This document shows, piece by piece, positions 21,254 through 31,373 of a stretch of 64,000 bases of DNA. A program made the position numbers and the translations under genes. The DNA comes from Pelagomonas calceolata (Eukaryota): NCBI GenBank assembly GCA_918797485.1, contig CAKKNE010000001.1, positions 5,580,001 through 5,644,000 on the forward strand. The letters are read 5' to 3'. The notes under the pieces were generated by a model. That model was given only the letters and a program-made list of their open reading frames with translations, had not been told where the DNA came from and did not search any database. Numbering within the stretch: position 1 is the first letter of the stretch; every line of letters starts with the position of its first letter.

Positions 21254-22501
21254 ATGGCGGATGCAGCAGCTGCCACAGCAGACGCCAGCGGCGGCGAACA
21301 GATCGAATTAGAGGACTCCCTCGTCGCGTACTGCGAGTCGCATGCCGACACGACACCTGCGGATCTTCTGCGAGCGTTTAACGTGCGCTGCTACCTCTGG
21401 CCGCGCCTCACGGACGCCGAGCGCGATGCTGGAGCCGTCGTGTCGGACGCGAGGGTCGCGGACTGCTCGCAGGACGAGCTCGTTTCCTGTCTCGCAAGTT
21501 GGATACGGCTGCGCGAGGCCGAGGCTGCGTTCCGGCAAGCTTTGGCGGCGGCGGAGCGCGTCGTCGTCGTGCATGGTTCGATAAACGCCAACGCCATGCG
21601 CGCGCTCGCTGCGCTGGCGCCCAGCAGCGATGCAGAGCGGCCAGTGAAGCGCCGCCGTGGCGACGAGGTCGACGCGCGCGATACACCGCCATCGATGGCC
21701 GTCCGCGCCCTAGACGCCCGCGCCGCGCGGAGCCACGGCCGCCAGCTCCGACAAAGCGGCTACTGCGTCCTTCCGACCTTGGTGACCGGCGACCTCGACG
21801 CCTGGATCCGGCGGCGACACCTGCCGCGCGAGCTTTCGTTTTACCCGAACTGGAAGAGCTCGGACTTCTTCCACAACGCCGATTCCGAGCCGCCGATCCC
21901 GCTCAGCGGCGACCTGGAACCGCTGCGGGCGCTGCTCCCTGGCATCGAGGCCGCGGCGTCGAGCATCGCGGGCGAGCGCCTCGTGTGCCTCCAGGCGAAC
22001 GCGACGCTCTACTCGTCGAGAACGAACGCGCAGCTCGGCGACCACAAAGACGGCTCGCCGTTTTCCGTCGTCGTCCACGTCTCGGCGTCGCGGCCCGAGA
22101 CGGCGGGGCTCATTTTCAACGAGGAGCTCGTCCTATTTTCCGAGCCCGGCGCCGCGGTATTATTACGTGGCGACGAGTACACGCACCGGTCCTGCGCGGT
22201 CGACGAGGGCCAGGACCGCCTCGTGCTCGTATTTTTTCTCGATTATGCGAGTGCGAGCCGCGCGGCGCACCCGCGGCCCCCGGCGTCGGCGCGCGAAGTG
22301 TCATTCCACGCGCCAGACGAGCCCCTGGCCGACGCGCTCCGGGCGGCGGACCTGACGCTCGTCGTCGGCTGCGCGGCGCCCGACCTCGCATCCGTAAAGG
22401 GCAAGGTCGCCGCCTTCCGCGCGCCCGTACAAAGCGCGGACTTCGTGTTCGGGGCGGGCCCGCTCGAGCGCGTCCTCGGCCACGCCGTCGGGACCTACTA
22501 A
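21254..22501 (+). CDS. Putative 2OG-Fe(II) oxygenase-like protein
   Basis: HxD (GDHKD), later H (YTHRS) and R (DRLVLVFF) in double-stranded beta-helix spacing. Confidence 0.6.
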   Translation: MADAAAATADASGGEQIELEDSLVAYCESHADTTPADLLRAFNVRCYLWPRLTDAERDAGAVVSDARVADCSQDELVSCLASWIRLREAEAAFRQALAAAERVVVVHGSINANAMRALAALAPSSDAERPVKRRRGDEVDARDTPPSMAVRALDARAARSHGRQLRQSGYCVLPTLVTGDLDAWIRRRHLPRELSFYPNWKSSDFFHNADSEPPIPLSGDLEPLRALLPGIEAAASSIAGERLVCLQANATLYSSRTNAQLGDHKDGSPFSVVVHVSASRPETAGLIFNEELVLFSEPGAAVLLRGDEYTHRSCAVDEGQDRLVLVFFLDYASASRAAHPRPPASAREVSFHAPDEPLADALRAADLTLVVGCAAPDLASVKGKVAAFRAPVQSADFVFGAGPLERVLGHAVGTY

Positions 22502-22636
22502 CGATGTATGTCTGTATCGCTATCTTTGCTTTGCTTAGAGCTAGGCCGCCTAGCAGCCCCCATACGCCGTCGCCCCGAGTATTAGCTCGGCATCTTTACT
22601 CGCGGGCACAGGGACGAAGAAAGAAGGGAAACTCAC

Positions 22637-23476
22637 TCACTCGCTCGTGGACTTGTGGTGGTCCTCGTCGATCGTCGAGTAGAGGTGGCCCTCGCTCGAG
22701 AGGAACTCGACGGCGGCCTTGACCTGGCCGAGGTCCAATCCCAAAGAAGCCGCGACGCTGTCCGTGTTGCAGCCCTCGTCGCCCGTGCCGTTCTCCGTGT
22801 AGTAGTCCAGGACCCGCTTCTGTAAGGACGTCATGCCGTCGGCGCCGTCGGCGCCGCCGGCCGCGGACTGGCCGTGCGTCGTCGGGTGGAAGCCGGCCAT
22901 CGAGTCGCGCTTCGCGGCCGGGGCGGCGCCGGACGACACCTGGATCTTGCCCACTCTTTTGGCGTGCACGTAGATCGCCTCCAAATAGTGGTGCGTCACT
23001 TGATTAAAGTCCTCGACGGGCCGCATGTCGTAGGCCGAGATCGTCAGCCGCCCGTCGTACTCCTTGATGTTGCCGTGGACCACGACGTACGCGCCGGGCG
23101 TCATCTTCGCGAGCTTCTGGCGCGCCCACGAGTCCTCGTCCTGGGCGTCGTTCAGCCAGAACGTGACTTCCACAGACCCAGTCCCGTCTTCGATGTTGTA
23201 CGTGGCCTTCGTCTCGCGGACCTCGTCCGTCTGCACGCACGCGACGACGCGCACGGAGTGAATCTCGGCGTTGTCAATTTTGTAACCATCGTCGTCGCCG
23301 ACGCCCTTCTCGGCACTTTGTAACTGCTTGATCGTCACGGGCGTCAGCGTCTGCTTGTCGCGGGGCTTCTTCTCCTTCTCGCCGCCCTCGGACTCGCGGT
23401 TCGACTGGCTCAGGAAGCCGCCGCCGCCGCTGTCGGCGTTCGCGTTGTCGTACTCGTAGCCGCCGTAGCCGGACAT
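22637..23476 (-). CDS. RPA2: Replication protein A 32 kDa subunit
   Basis: GGGF, LTPVTIKQL, IEDGTG, FNQVTHHYLE and C-terminal winged helix EGHLYSTIDEDH. Confidence 0.95.
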   Translation of the reverse strand: MSGYGGYEYDNANADSGGGGFLSQSNRESEGGEKEKKPRDKQTLTPVTIKQLQSAEKGVGDDDGYKIDNAEIHSVRVVACVQTDEVRETKATYNIEDGTGSVEVTFWLNDAQDEDSWARQKLAKMTPGAYVVVHGNIKEYDGRLTISAYDMRPVEDFNQVTHHYLEAIYVHAKRVGKIQVSSGAAPAAKRDSMAGFHPTTHGQSAAGGADGADGMTSLQKRVLDYYTENGTGDEGCNTDSVAASLGLDLGQVKAAVEFLSSEGHLYSTIDEDHHKSTSE

Positions 23477-24045
23477 CTTTGTTTTGTTGTGCGGCTGCTT
23501 CTATGGGCGCGCGGTTTCGGACCTGCGTGGCGGAACGGTCCGCTTCGGCCGGCGGCGCGGCGACGGCGCGTTCTGTGGGCGGGAGTGGTTTCTCTGGTCG
23601 CTTCTTCATGTCGTGTGGGCTGTGCGCGCGGCGCAGCCTTGCGCGGGCGCGCAGCAGCGGTTTTGAGGCTGCTTTGGTTTTGAGCCGAGAACGCGCGCGC
23701 TGGTGGATTTTGAGTGTTGCGCGCCGAGCAGCGGATGCAGGTGAGAGGAATATTGACCTCGACGCAGGCTGGCCACGGATAAGCTGCGCTAGGACGTCGG
23801 TACGTTCAAAATGGATTGTCCTGCCGCGCCCGCTCTCTGGGCTAGTGGCGGTACTACGCTAGCGTCGCAGTTGTTTAAAAATTGAACGCGTCTGCAGCGC
23901 GCGTCAGGTGTCCCTGGGAGACACATGAAACTTCTAGGCGGCCGACCGGGCCTCTGGGCGGGCCAGTACGTATGAGACGCGAGGACGCAAGCAGTAGTGT
24001 AATGAGATCTTAAGTACGACATGATAGCACGCGTCCAGGCCAGCT

Positions 24046-24636
24046 CTACGCCTCGGCGGCCGCCTCTTCCGCGGCGGGCTCGGCCGCGGCGTCCTCCGCG
24101 GCGGCGGGCGCGTCCTCCTCGGCCGCGGGCGACGGCGCGGCCCAGTACGCGTCCATGCCGGCGTCCAAGGCCTTGTTCGGGTCGGCCTTGAACCAGTACT
24201 TGTCCATCTCGGCATCTAAATCCTCGCCCGTCTTCGGTTTCGCGCGGCCCTTGCCGCGGCCGCCGCGCCCGCGGCCCTTGCCGCCGCGCCCGCGGCCGCC
24301 GCCGCGGCCCCGGCCGCCCTTCTGCTGCTGCTGCTTCTTGCCTTTTTGCTGCTGCTTCTGCTGCTGGCCCTTCTTCTTCCTGCCGCCGCCCTGGTTCACG
24401 ACGACGGTCACCGTCTTCTTGCCGGGGCTCTTGCCGCCCTGCTTCTTCTTGGCGGGGCCTGCGTTGTGGGCGAATCGTGAGTCGTTGGGTGCGTTGCTCT
24501 TGCAAATCAACCAGGGCGGGCGTCGCTCGGCGCCGCGGCGGCCATCGCGTCGACCACCAAGCCATCGCCGCGAGTCTGCTCGATGGCGTGACAGTGCGGC
24601 TGTCTCACCGCCGGATTTCAGTGCTGAAGGCGCCAT
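24046..24636 (-). CDS. RGG-rich protein with FoP/CHTOP C-terminal duplication (probable in-frame intron 24459-24608)
   Basis: RGG box plus EDLDAEMDKYW and ALDAGMDAYW; 150-nt GTGAGA...AACGCAG segment. Confidence 0.75.
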   Translation of the reverse strand: MAPSALKSGGETAALSRHRADSRRWLGGRRDGRRGAERRPPWLICKSNAPNDSRFAHNAGPAKKKQGGKSPGKKTVTVVVNQGGGRKKKGQQQKQQQKGKKQQQQKGGRGRGGGRGRGGKGRGRGGRGKGRAKPKTGEDLDAEMDKYWFKADPNKALDAGMDAYWAAPSPAAEEDAPAAAEDAAAEPAAEEAAAEA

Positions 24637-24819
24637 GATATCTGTTTGCGCGCCGGGGCTGGACTCTTAGCCTTGCCGCCGCCGCCACCGGAACCTGCTC
24701 GCCGACGGCCCATGACTTCTGTGGCACTGCTGGACGGTGAACAAAGCTGCCACGCGTAAGCAGAAGGCCTCTGGAGCGAGCACAAGCCGCAACAGAGATG
24801 TCGAGCCCGATTTGGCAGC

Positions 24820-24843
24820 GCTAGCGCCTTACACGACGCTAGC
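24820..24843 (+). promoter_or_regulatory. Conserved intergenic motif variant (GCTAGCGCCTTACACGACGCTAGC)
   Basis: Same length and ends as the consensus core; lies between divergent genes. Confidence 0.5.
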
Positions 24844-25053
24844 GCAGGCCGATTGGCAAAGTCGAGGTACGGCCCCACGAGCGAGCCGGGACGACAGTGA
24901 ATAGGCGCTGGCAGTCCTTCTTGACCAGCCCTTCCATCGCTCAAACGACTGGGCGCGCGCCGACCCCCCAGCAGGCGCGCACAGCCGTGCACCCTGGAGC
25001 CGCCCGGAACGCAGCGCGGCGCGCGGCCACCCGTAGACAGGGAAGGAAACAGC

Positions 25054-26703
25054 ATGATCACGACCCGCCGCGGCCGCGCCAAGAAGCGCCGAGCCGAGGA
25101 AGAAGAGCCCGACGACGACCCGACCGACGCGCTCGTGCGGACCACCGCTGCGTTAAAAGACGCGCACAAGACCGCGCGTGAAGCAGAAAAAAAGCGGCTC
25201 GCCCAGGAGACCGAGGCCGCCGCCCTGAAAGCGGAGCGCGACGCGCTGGCCACGCGCTGCGCCTTCCTCGAGAGTGAATCTGCTGACGCCCAGAAGGCCG
25301 TCCAGAGCGCTCAAGCGGAGAAAACGTCGGCCGCCGCTGCTTCACAGCTCGAGCTCGAGAAGGCCAACCAGGCGCGGAGAAAAGCAGAGGCGAAGCAGCA
25401 GGCCGACCGCGGGTCGCTGGATGCCGCTCTATGTCGCGTCGCGGCCCTGAAACGCGACCTCGAGATCGCCGAAAGTAAAGCGCAGGACATACCGGAGCCG
25501 CCGCCCGCGCCTTCCGGTTCTGTCCTCGACGCGCTCGAAGTAAAGCCCTCGGTCGAAAAACTAAGTGAAGATGCGCAGAACGCCCTTTCTCAAGCTACTG
25601 CTGCAAGGGCCGACCTCGCCAAAGAACGAGCTGTTACGACGAGGCTCCGAGCTGAGATTGATCAATCTAAAAGGGAGGCCCGCGGCGCGGCTCTTGAGAG
25701 AGAAAAAGTGCGCGCGTTAGAGGCTCAAATTAAAGTTCTTTCTGAGCAAGACGCCGAAGACTCGAAGGTAAGGGCCGAGCGCGACGCGTTGCTAGCCGAA
25801 CGGCGCGAGTGGGCGACGCGCTTTCGAGGATTAGTTGATAGTGATGATGACAAAAATGTCGCGCGGCAAGCTTTAGATTTGCTCAAGGTGACCATCGACG
25901 CGAAAACGCGGGCCGACTGCGACGCCGCCGACGCGCGGTCGCAGTCGAAGAAGCACGAGCAGGCGCTGAAGCAGTGCGAGAGTCGCTTAGCGACCGCCGA
26001 CGCTGAAACAAGAAGGCTGCGGACGCAGTTGTCCCGAGTAGATGCGGATAAAAAAGCATGGGAGGGCGAGCGCTCGTTATATATCAAGGAGACCGAGAGT
26101 TTGAGGAGACTGGCGGCGACGTACGACAATGATGCCGACGCAACCCTCAAGAAGCGTGTGAGCGACCTCGAGTCGCAGCTCGAGGCCGCTGCCAAAGCAT
26201 TAAGGGACTCGAAGCCGCCCGCTTCAGAACCTGCAAACGCGGCGCCACAACCCTCAAAAAATGAGACCGAGGAATTTAGGATAGTCCATCTGGTCGACAA
26301 CCCCGCCGCCGCGGCCGCGGCGAAGCGCGCCGCGGCCAAGAAGGAGGAGGTACAGGGTGGTGTCGACCCGGCCACGCTCCACGCGCGGCTCAAGGAGCGG
26401 TTCCGGGAGCACCTGAACTGGTTTCGCGACGCCGTGTATCTGTTAACGGGCTTCAAGGTCGACATGCAGGGTCTGGGCGAGGGCCACCCGCAAGTTCGAC
26501 TGAGGTCGATGTTCGCCGAGCGCGAGGACGACTCCTTACTCTTCGCCTGGAGCGACGACGGCGTCAACTTATTAGCGACGCCCTTCGCGGACCAGCTCGA
26601 CGAGCGCCTGTTCGCGAACCTCAAGTTCTGCAACTCGGTGCCGGCGTTCCTTGCTTCGGTCCAACTCAACCTGTTCGAGCGGCAGACGCTCTTCCCCGGG
26701 TAA
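25054..26703 (+). CDS. MAD1: Spindle assembly checkpoint protein MAD1
   Basis: Long coiled coil, RIVHLVDNP Mad2-binding motif, RLK, FRDAVYLLTGFK and PAFLASVQLNLF. Confidence 0.9.
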   Translation: MITTRRGRAKKRRAEEEEPDDDPTDALVRTTAALKDAHKTAREAEKKRLAQETEAAALKAERDALATRCAFLESESADAQKAVQSAQAEKTSAAAASQLELEKANQARRKAEAKQQADRGSLDAALCRVAALKRDLEIAESKAQDIPEPPPAPSGSVLDALEVKPSVEKLSEDAQNALSQATAARADLAKERAVTTRLRAEIDQSKREARGAALEREKVRALEAQIKVLSEQDAEDSKVRAERDALLAERREWATRFRGLVDSDDDKNVARQALDLLKVTIDAKTRADCDAADARSQSKKHEQALKQCESRLATADAETRRLRTQLSRVDADKKAWEGERSLYIKETESLRRLAATYDNDADATLKKRVSDLESQLEAAAKALRDSKPPASEPANAAPQPSKNETEEFRIVHLVDNPAAAAAAKRAAAKKEEVQGGVDPATLHARLKERFREHLNWFRDAVYLLTGFKVDMQGLGEGHPQVRLRSMFAEREDDSLLFAWSDDGVNLLATPFADQLDERLFANLKFCNSVPAFLASVQLNLFERQTLFPG

Positions 26704-26715
26704 GATACATAAATA

Positions 26716-28449
26716 TTACTCTCTGATAACAGGCCTCGTCACGCCCGTCGCCGAGATCTCCTGCATGTTCCTCAGGGAGACCTCTCCGCCGTCAACAGCT
26801 ACCGTAGGATACTGCGGGCCGCTACCGCTCTGCAGATCCCGGTAGGCTTCCTCCAGCCTCCTCTGCACAGCATCGGCGTACTCCGTCCGTTTCTCACCGT
26901 CGGTGACGTACCACCGCACCTCCCGGTTCGACTCGAAGATCGCGTGGACTTTCGCGCCGCCAGAGTTCACGATGTCCATGAAGGGCACGAAGCCTTCCTC
27001 GTGCGTGAAGGGCACCGAGAAGTTCTTCGCGTCGTACTTCTTCCCGCTGCTATACCGTTTCATCTTTTGCTCTTTACTCGGTTGCGTCTGGCCATCATTC
27101 AAAATGAGCTCGTCGATCAGCAGGATGTTCCGGTACTCCCGCACCTTGAGAATGAGCTTGATGATGAGATACATGGTCAGGGAGATGACGCCCAGGAAAA
27201 TGGCGCAGCGCACGCCGCGGTGGAGCTGCGCGAGTTTAGTCCGTTGGAGCCCATTCTCGACGAAGATGTTCAGAAACTCAAAAGACCGCTCGTCCCGCTT
27301 GTCGTACTCGTAGATGGATACATCGGCAATGTTCCCGATGGGCTCGACGGCATTCTGCTCAAACGCCTCAAAGGTATCTCTACCTACAAGTTTCCGCCGC
27401 TTTCGCGCGTAGGCGTTCATGGAGCCTTGTTTCACAGTCAGCGCTGCCCAGTGCACCGTCTCGTAGGCCCACATGTTGTCCAAGAGCCCAAAAAAAGTAA
27501 CAATGATAGAGTAAAAAATAACTTGGTCCATGAAGGTATTGACCGGTAGATCAGGTAACGCTGAATGTGCCGCCGACAGGAAGGCGAACAATGCCAAAAG
27601 AATGGTCACGAGTGTCGCCGTCCGCTCGTTAAACCCCTCGTGCGGCGGCGGGAAGACGCGCATCCTGAACGTACTGATGGTGGCAAAATTAGTGATCAGT
27701 AAAGGGATGATCATGTTGCGGATCACGGGGAACGGATGCCGTAGTAATGGTACTCGATACACGACTGCAGGATAGTACCACGACTTCGAATGCTTCCGTT
27801 TCGACTGGGGGAACTTCACGCCGACCCCTGAAAGCATGAGCTCGAACGCGGGTAACGCATCGGTCGTTTCCTTGAAACTGACCATCGTCCTGACTCTGTC
27901 ATACGCATCATCTTTTGCTATCACTTCATGCAAAGTGTATCGTACCTTAAACCCTTTGAAAAAACCAGGCACGTTAATCGTATGCCCCGACGCCTCGATC
28001 TTGATGAAGATCTCCGGGTGGTCGAACGGGAAGCGGCCCCACTGGCCGTAGCCCTTTTCCTTGTCCGACGACGTGAACAAATGCTTTTCTAGGTTGATGC
28101 GCGACGTGATCATCGCTAAATCGCCCTTCCAGGCGAAGTTCGTGTCTCTGGATTTCAAGTCGGTCGCCTCTGGCTTCGGCACGTCGTTGACCCGCAACAG
28201 AATCTTGTCGAGGCATTCTTGCCTTAGCTGTTCATCGATGCCCTTGAACTGGATGCGCACGACCATGGTCAGCAGGACGTCGAGCGTCTCCTCCTCCTCT
28301 TTCATGTTCCGCAGCGACTTGACCACTACGGCGAGGTATGCGGGTATATACAAAGATTGATCTCGTTTATCGAAGAACACTTCGTTCGCGAAGATGGCCT
28401 CATCTGCCTGACCGGTGGCCTCCTTGATGCCCGCCGGGGGGCTGGCCAT
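26716..28449 (-). CDS. Pentameric ligand-gated ion channel-like protein (Cys-less Pro-loop) with C-terminal WWE-like domain
   Basis: RFPFD loop; LRHP-M1 (NMIIPLLIT), M2 (ERTATLVTILLA), LP..TFMD-M3, M4; tail RWYVTDG..EYADAVQRRLEEAY..VSLRNMQEIS..TRPVIR. Confidence 0.7.
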   Translation of the reverse strand: MASPPAGIKEATGQADEAIFANEVFFDKRDQSLYIPAYLAVVVKSLRNMKEEEETLDVLLTMVVRIQFKGIDEQLRQECLDKILLRVNDVPKPEATDLKSRDTNFAWKGDLAMITSRINLEKHLFTSSDKEKGYGQWGRFPFDHPEIFIKIEASGHTINVPGFFKGFKVRYTLHEVIAKDDAYDRVRTMVSFKETTDALPAFELMLSGVGVKFPQSKRKHSKSWYYPAVVYRVPLLRHPFPVIRNMIIPLLITNFATISTFRMRVFPPPHEGFNERTATLVTILLALFAFLSAAHSALPDLPVNTFMDQVIFYSIIVTFFGLLDNMWAYETVHWAALTVKQGSMNAYARKRRKLVGRDTFEAFEQNAVEPIGNIADVSIYEYDKRDERSFEFLNIFVENGLQRTKLAQLHRGVRCAIFLGVISLTMYLIIKLILKVREYRNILLIDELILNDGQTQPSKEQKMKRYSSGKKYDAKNFSVPFTHEEGFVPFMDIVNSGGAKVHAIFESNREVRWYVTDGEKRTEYADAVQRRLEEAYRDLQSGSGPQYPTVAVDGGEVSLRNMQEISATGVTRPVIRE

Positions 28450-29111
28450 CTCGGCTCGTGTCGGCCGCTTTCGCGCCCCCGCTGCACCGGATGCCTGGTC
28501 CAGCAGCAAGCGCTATGCTGTGCTTATGCTACTCGATGGCTGGGCAGCAGCCGCCGCGCGTCGCCTGAGTCTGCGTGCAGCTCGCACTGTTTCGTCGTGC
28601 GTGGAGCGGTGTGGAGGCAGCCGCGGGCTGCTCCCGGTTTTTGAGCGGCCGAGATGCAACGCGTTGCGCGATGGGTTGGGAGGGCGCTGCCGGATGGGGC
28701 GCTAGAGCCCAGCGCCGCAGGGCTCCGCGGCGCAAGCGTCCGGTGAGTGATCTCCGAAAGCTCGCTCTCTGCTGCTCTTGCAAAACGGCGGCATCGTGGT
28801 GGCTAGTGGCGGGACCGCGCGTCGACGCGCCCGCCGCCGATGTGAATCCGCCGACTCGTCTCAGCACCGCAAGCGGGACGAGTGGCTGCTTAGAGGGATC
28901 TTTAGGAAGCTAGCTCTACGCTGTCTTGTAAAAAGGGAGCGTCGCTGGTGGCTACTTGCGGCGCGTCGGCCCGCGCCATGCCCGCGCCATCCCCGCGCCG
29001 CCCAGCACCGAAACAATAATCAGCATCGGTCCGCGCCGCGCCGTCGATGCGAATCTCCGCCGACTAGTCCCGGTACCGCAAACAACTTAGTCTTCAATCT
29101 TACGCGAACAG

Positions 29112-30614
29112 CTAGCCGTCCGGGTACGCGAGGCCGAGGTGCACAGCACAAGCCTCGCCGCACGTGAAGATACCGTGGTCGCAGTCGGACTCGCGCGCTC
29201 GCGTGCCGTCGTGGCACTCGCAGTAGCCCGACGCGCCGGCAGGGACCTCCTCGGCGCAGCCCCGGTCGCTCCCGGCCTCGCGCGGGCCGTGCGGCGAGCA
29301 GCCGCCCGTCTGCCGCCAGCCCTCGCAGACGTCGCCGTCCTTCGTGTAGGCCTGGCGCGCGGCGCACATCGCCTGGCACTTGAAGGAGGCGTGGTCGCAG
29401 TCCGACTTCGCGGCCTTGCCGTCGCCACATTCACAGTAGCCGGACGCGCCCGCGGGCACGTCGTCGTCGCAGGACCGGTCGGAGTGCGCTTCCCGCGGGC
29501 CGTCGGGCGTGCACCTCCCCGTCTGGTGCCATCCGGTACACGTCGCGCCTCTAGCCGCCTCGCGCGCCTTCGCGAGCGGCTCGAGCGCGGCCTTGGCCTT
29601 CGCTTCTCGTGCGGCGATTTCCGCCGCTTCTTGCTTCGCCGCCTCGTCGAAGGCAGCTTTTTCTGCCGCGGCCTGGGCCATGAACGCCGCCGCGGCGGCC
29701 TCGTCGTCGTCCGCGGCCGCCGCCGGCTCAGGTTCCGGCTCCGGCTCAGGTTCCGGCTCCGGCTCCGCGGGTTTCGTGTCGAGCACGACAGGCGCCTCGG
29801 GCGCCTCCGCCGCCTCGCGCGCCTCGGCGACGGCCGCGCGCGCCTCTTGGGCGATAGTTTCGGCCTCGGCGGCGGCCTCGGTGTTGCCCGCGCGCTTCGC
29901 CTCGTCGGCGTAGGCTTGCGCTTCGGCGGCGATTTTTTCCGCCTCCTCGACGCGCCCCTGCTCCGCTTTTCTCAAAGCCGCGGCCGCCTCGGCGTCGGCC
30001 GCGGCGTCCGCGGCGGCGGCGGCCGCCGCCGCCTCCGCGGCCCTGCGCTCGAACGCCGCGGCCTCGGCCGCCTTCTTCGCGGCGCGCTCTTCCTCCCTCC
30101 GCGCCTTCTCGGCCGCGCGCCGCTGCTCCTCGGCTTTAGCTTTTTCTTCGGCCGCCGCCATGGCGAGCTTCGTCGCTTCGCGGCGTTTCTCGGCCGCCGC
30201 TTCTGCTTCCCTACGCTTGTCGTCGGCCGTCGCGAGCTTGACGTTCGCCGGTTTCGTTGATGGATTGCTGTCGCCAGGTAGTAAAACCTGGCCTTGCTCG
30301 TCGCGGTCGTAGCGCGCGAAGGCCACTGACTTAGCAAAGGCCAGCTCCTCGTCGGACAGCTGGCCCTTGTCGTGGAGCACGCCCATCGCCGCCAAGGAGG
30401 CGGTGAGCGGTCCGAGCACGGTCGTCTCGTGCACGGCGTGCGCGAAGGTCATGTCGTTGAGCGTGCCCCGCGCCTTCATGGCCTCGAGCTCCTTGAGCTG
30501 TAGTGCGACGCCTCCGAGCTTCGGTTCCAGCAGCTCCAGGGTGTCGGCCTGCACGGCCACATCCGTGCCACGCACGACGGCTGCGACGAGTGCTGCGACG
30601 AGGCCGCGCATCAT
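29112..30614 (-). CDS. Secreted protein: SHOCT-like repeats, Ala/Glu-rich coil, two Cys-rich modules
   Basis: Signal peptide; LHDKGQLSDEELAFAK; tandem CxGWxQTGxCxPxGPRE..DRxC..VPAGASGYCEC modules. Confidence 0.7.
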   Translation of the reverse strand: MMRGLVAALVAAVVRGTDVAVQADTLELLEPKLGGVALQLKELEAMKARGTLNDMTFAHAVHETTVLGPLTASLAAMGVLHDKGQLSDEELAFAKSVAFARYDRDEQGQVLLPGDSNPSTKPANVKLATADDKRREAEAAAEKRREATKLAMAAAEEKAKAEEQRRAAEKARREEERAAKKAAEAAAFERRAAEAAAAAAAADAAADAEAAAALRKAEQGRVEEAEKIAAEAQAYADEAKRAGNTEAAAEAETIAQEARAAVAEAREAAEAPEAPVVLDTKPAEPEPEPEPEPEPEPAAAADDDEAAAAAFMAQAAAEKAAFDEAAKQEAAEIAAREAKAKAALEPLAKAREAARGATCTGWHQTGRCTPDGPREAHSDRSCDDDVPAGASGYCECGDGKAAKSDCDHASFKCQAMCAARQAYTKDGDVCEGWRQTGGCSPHGPREAGSDRGCAEEVPAGASGYCECHDGTRARESDCDHGIFTCGEACAVHLGLAYPDG

Positions 30615-30676
30615 CGTCGAAGACGACGTATGCTGCCCGGGCAGCCCCGCGTACAAGTACGCTGAGATGTTCCAAG

Positions 30677-30704
30677 GCTTGCTAGTGTCTTACCGGCCGC
30701 TAGC
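30677..30704 (+). promoter_or_regulatory. Conserved intergenic motif copy (GCTTGCTAGTGTCTTACCGGCCGCTAGC)
   Basis: One mismatch to consensus; divergent promoter region. Confidence 0.6.
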
Positions 30705-30970
30705 TCACGCCGGGATAATTTTTGCTTTGTCGGCCGCTACCGCGCATTTGTCACGCCGACGCGACGCGCGCACAGCCTCGTCAATAGCTAACAGCTTGCA
30801 GGCACGACCGACGCAGTTCTGTCGTCTGCAGTGCAAAACTCTAGCCGCCACAGTACTGCTGCGGTTTCATCCACACACTGCCGACGCGCGCACGCAATCC
30901 AGAGACGCCGTGCCATCGACCGCTGCAGCATCAGTCATCAAGCACTGTCTCATAACTAGCACTCTAAAAA

Positions 30971-31252
30971 ATGTCCACGCAAAGCGACTTCGACGCGAAG
31001 GTCGCGTTCGTCAAAAGCTGGACCTACGGCGGCAGCAAGGTCACGAATGCCGAGAAGCTCGCGTGCTACGGCCTCTTCAAGCAGGTGACGGTCGGCGACA
31101 ACACGACCCCCCAACCCTGGGCCATGCAAGTCACAGCTAGAGCGAAGTGGGACGCGTGGGCGAGCCGCAAGGGCATGTCCAAGCCGGACGCCATCGCGGC
31201 CTACATCGCCGAGGTCGACAGCCAGCACGCCAAGTACGGCGACGGGCCCTAG
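30971..31252 (+). CDS. ACBP: Acyl-CoA-binding protein
   Basis: YGLFKQVTVGD, AKWDAW, KGMSKPDA..YI. Confidence 0.93.
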   Translation: MSTQSDFDAKVAFVKSWTYGGSKVTNAEKLACYGLFKQVTVGDNTTPQPWAMQVTARAKWDAWASRKGMSKPDAIAAYIAEVDSQHAKYGDGP

Positions 31253-31373
31253 GTGTGTGTTGTCCTGTGTTTAAGTGATTATTCAACAATGACGGACGCC
31301 GTCCACGCCGGACCACGGGATTGTCGTCCACCGTGGCGGGTTGGAGGCACAAACAACGTAGTCTTTGTAGTTT

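Noticed and set aside
29727..29766. GGCTCAGGTTCC-type short tandem repeat
   Set aside because: Encodes the EPEPEP linker of the CDS.
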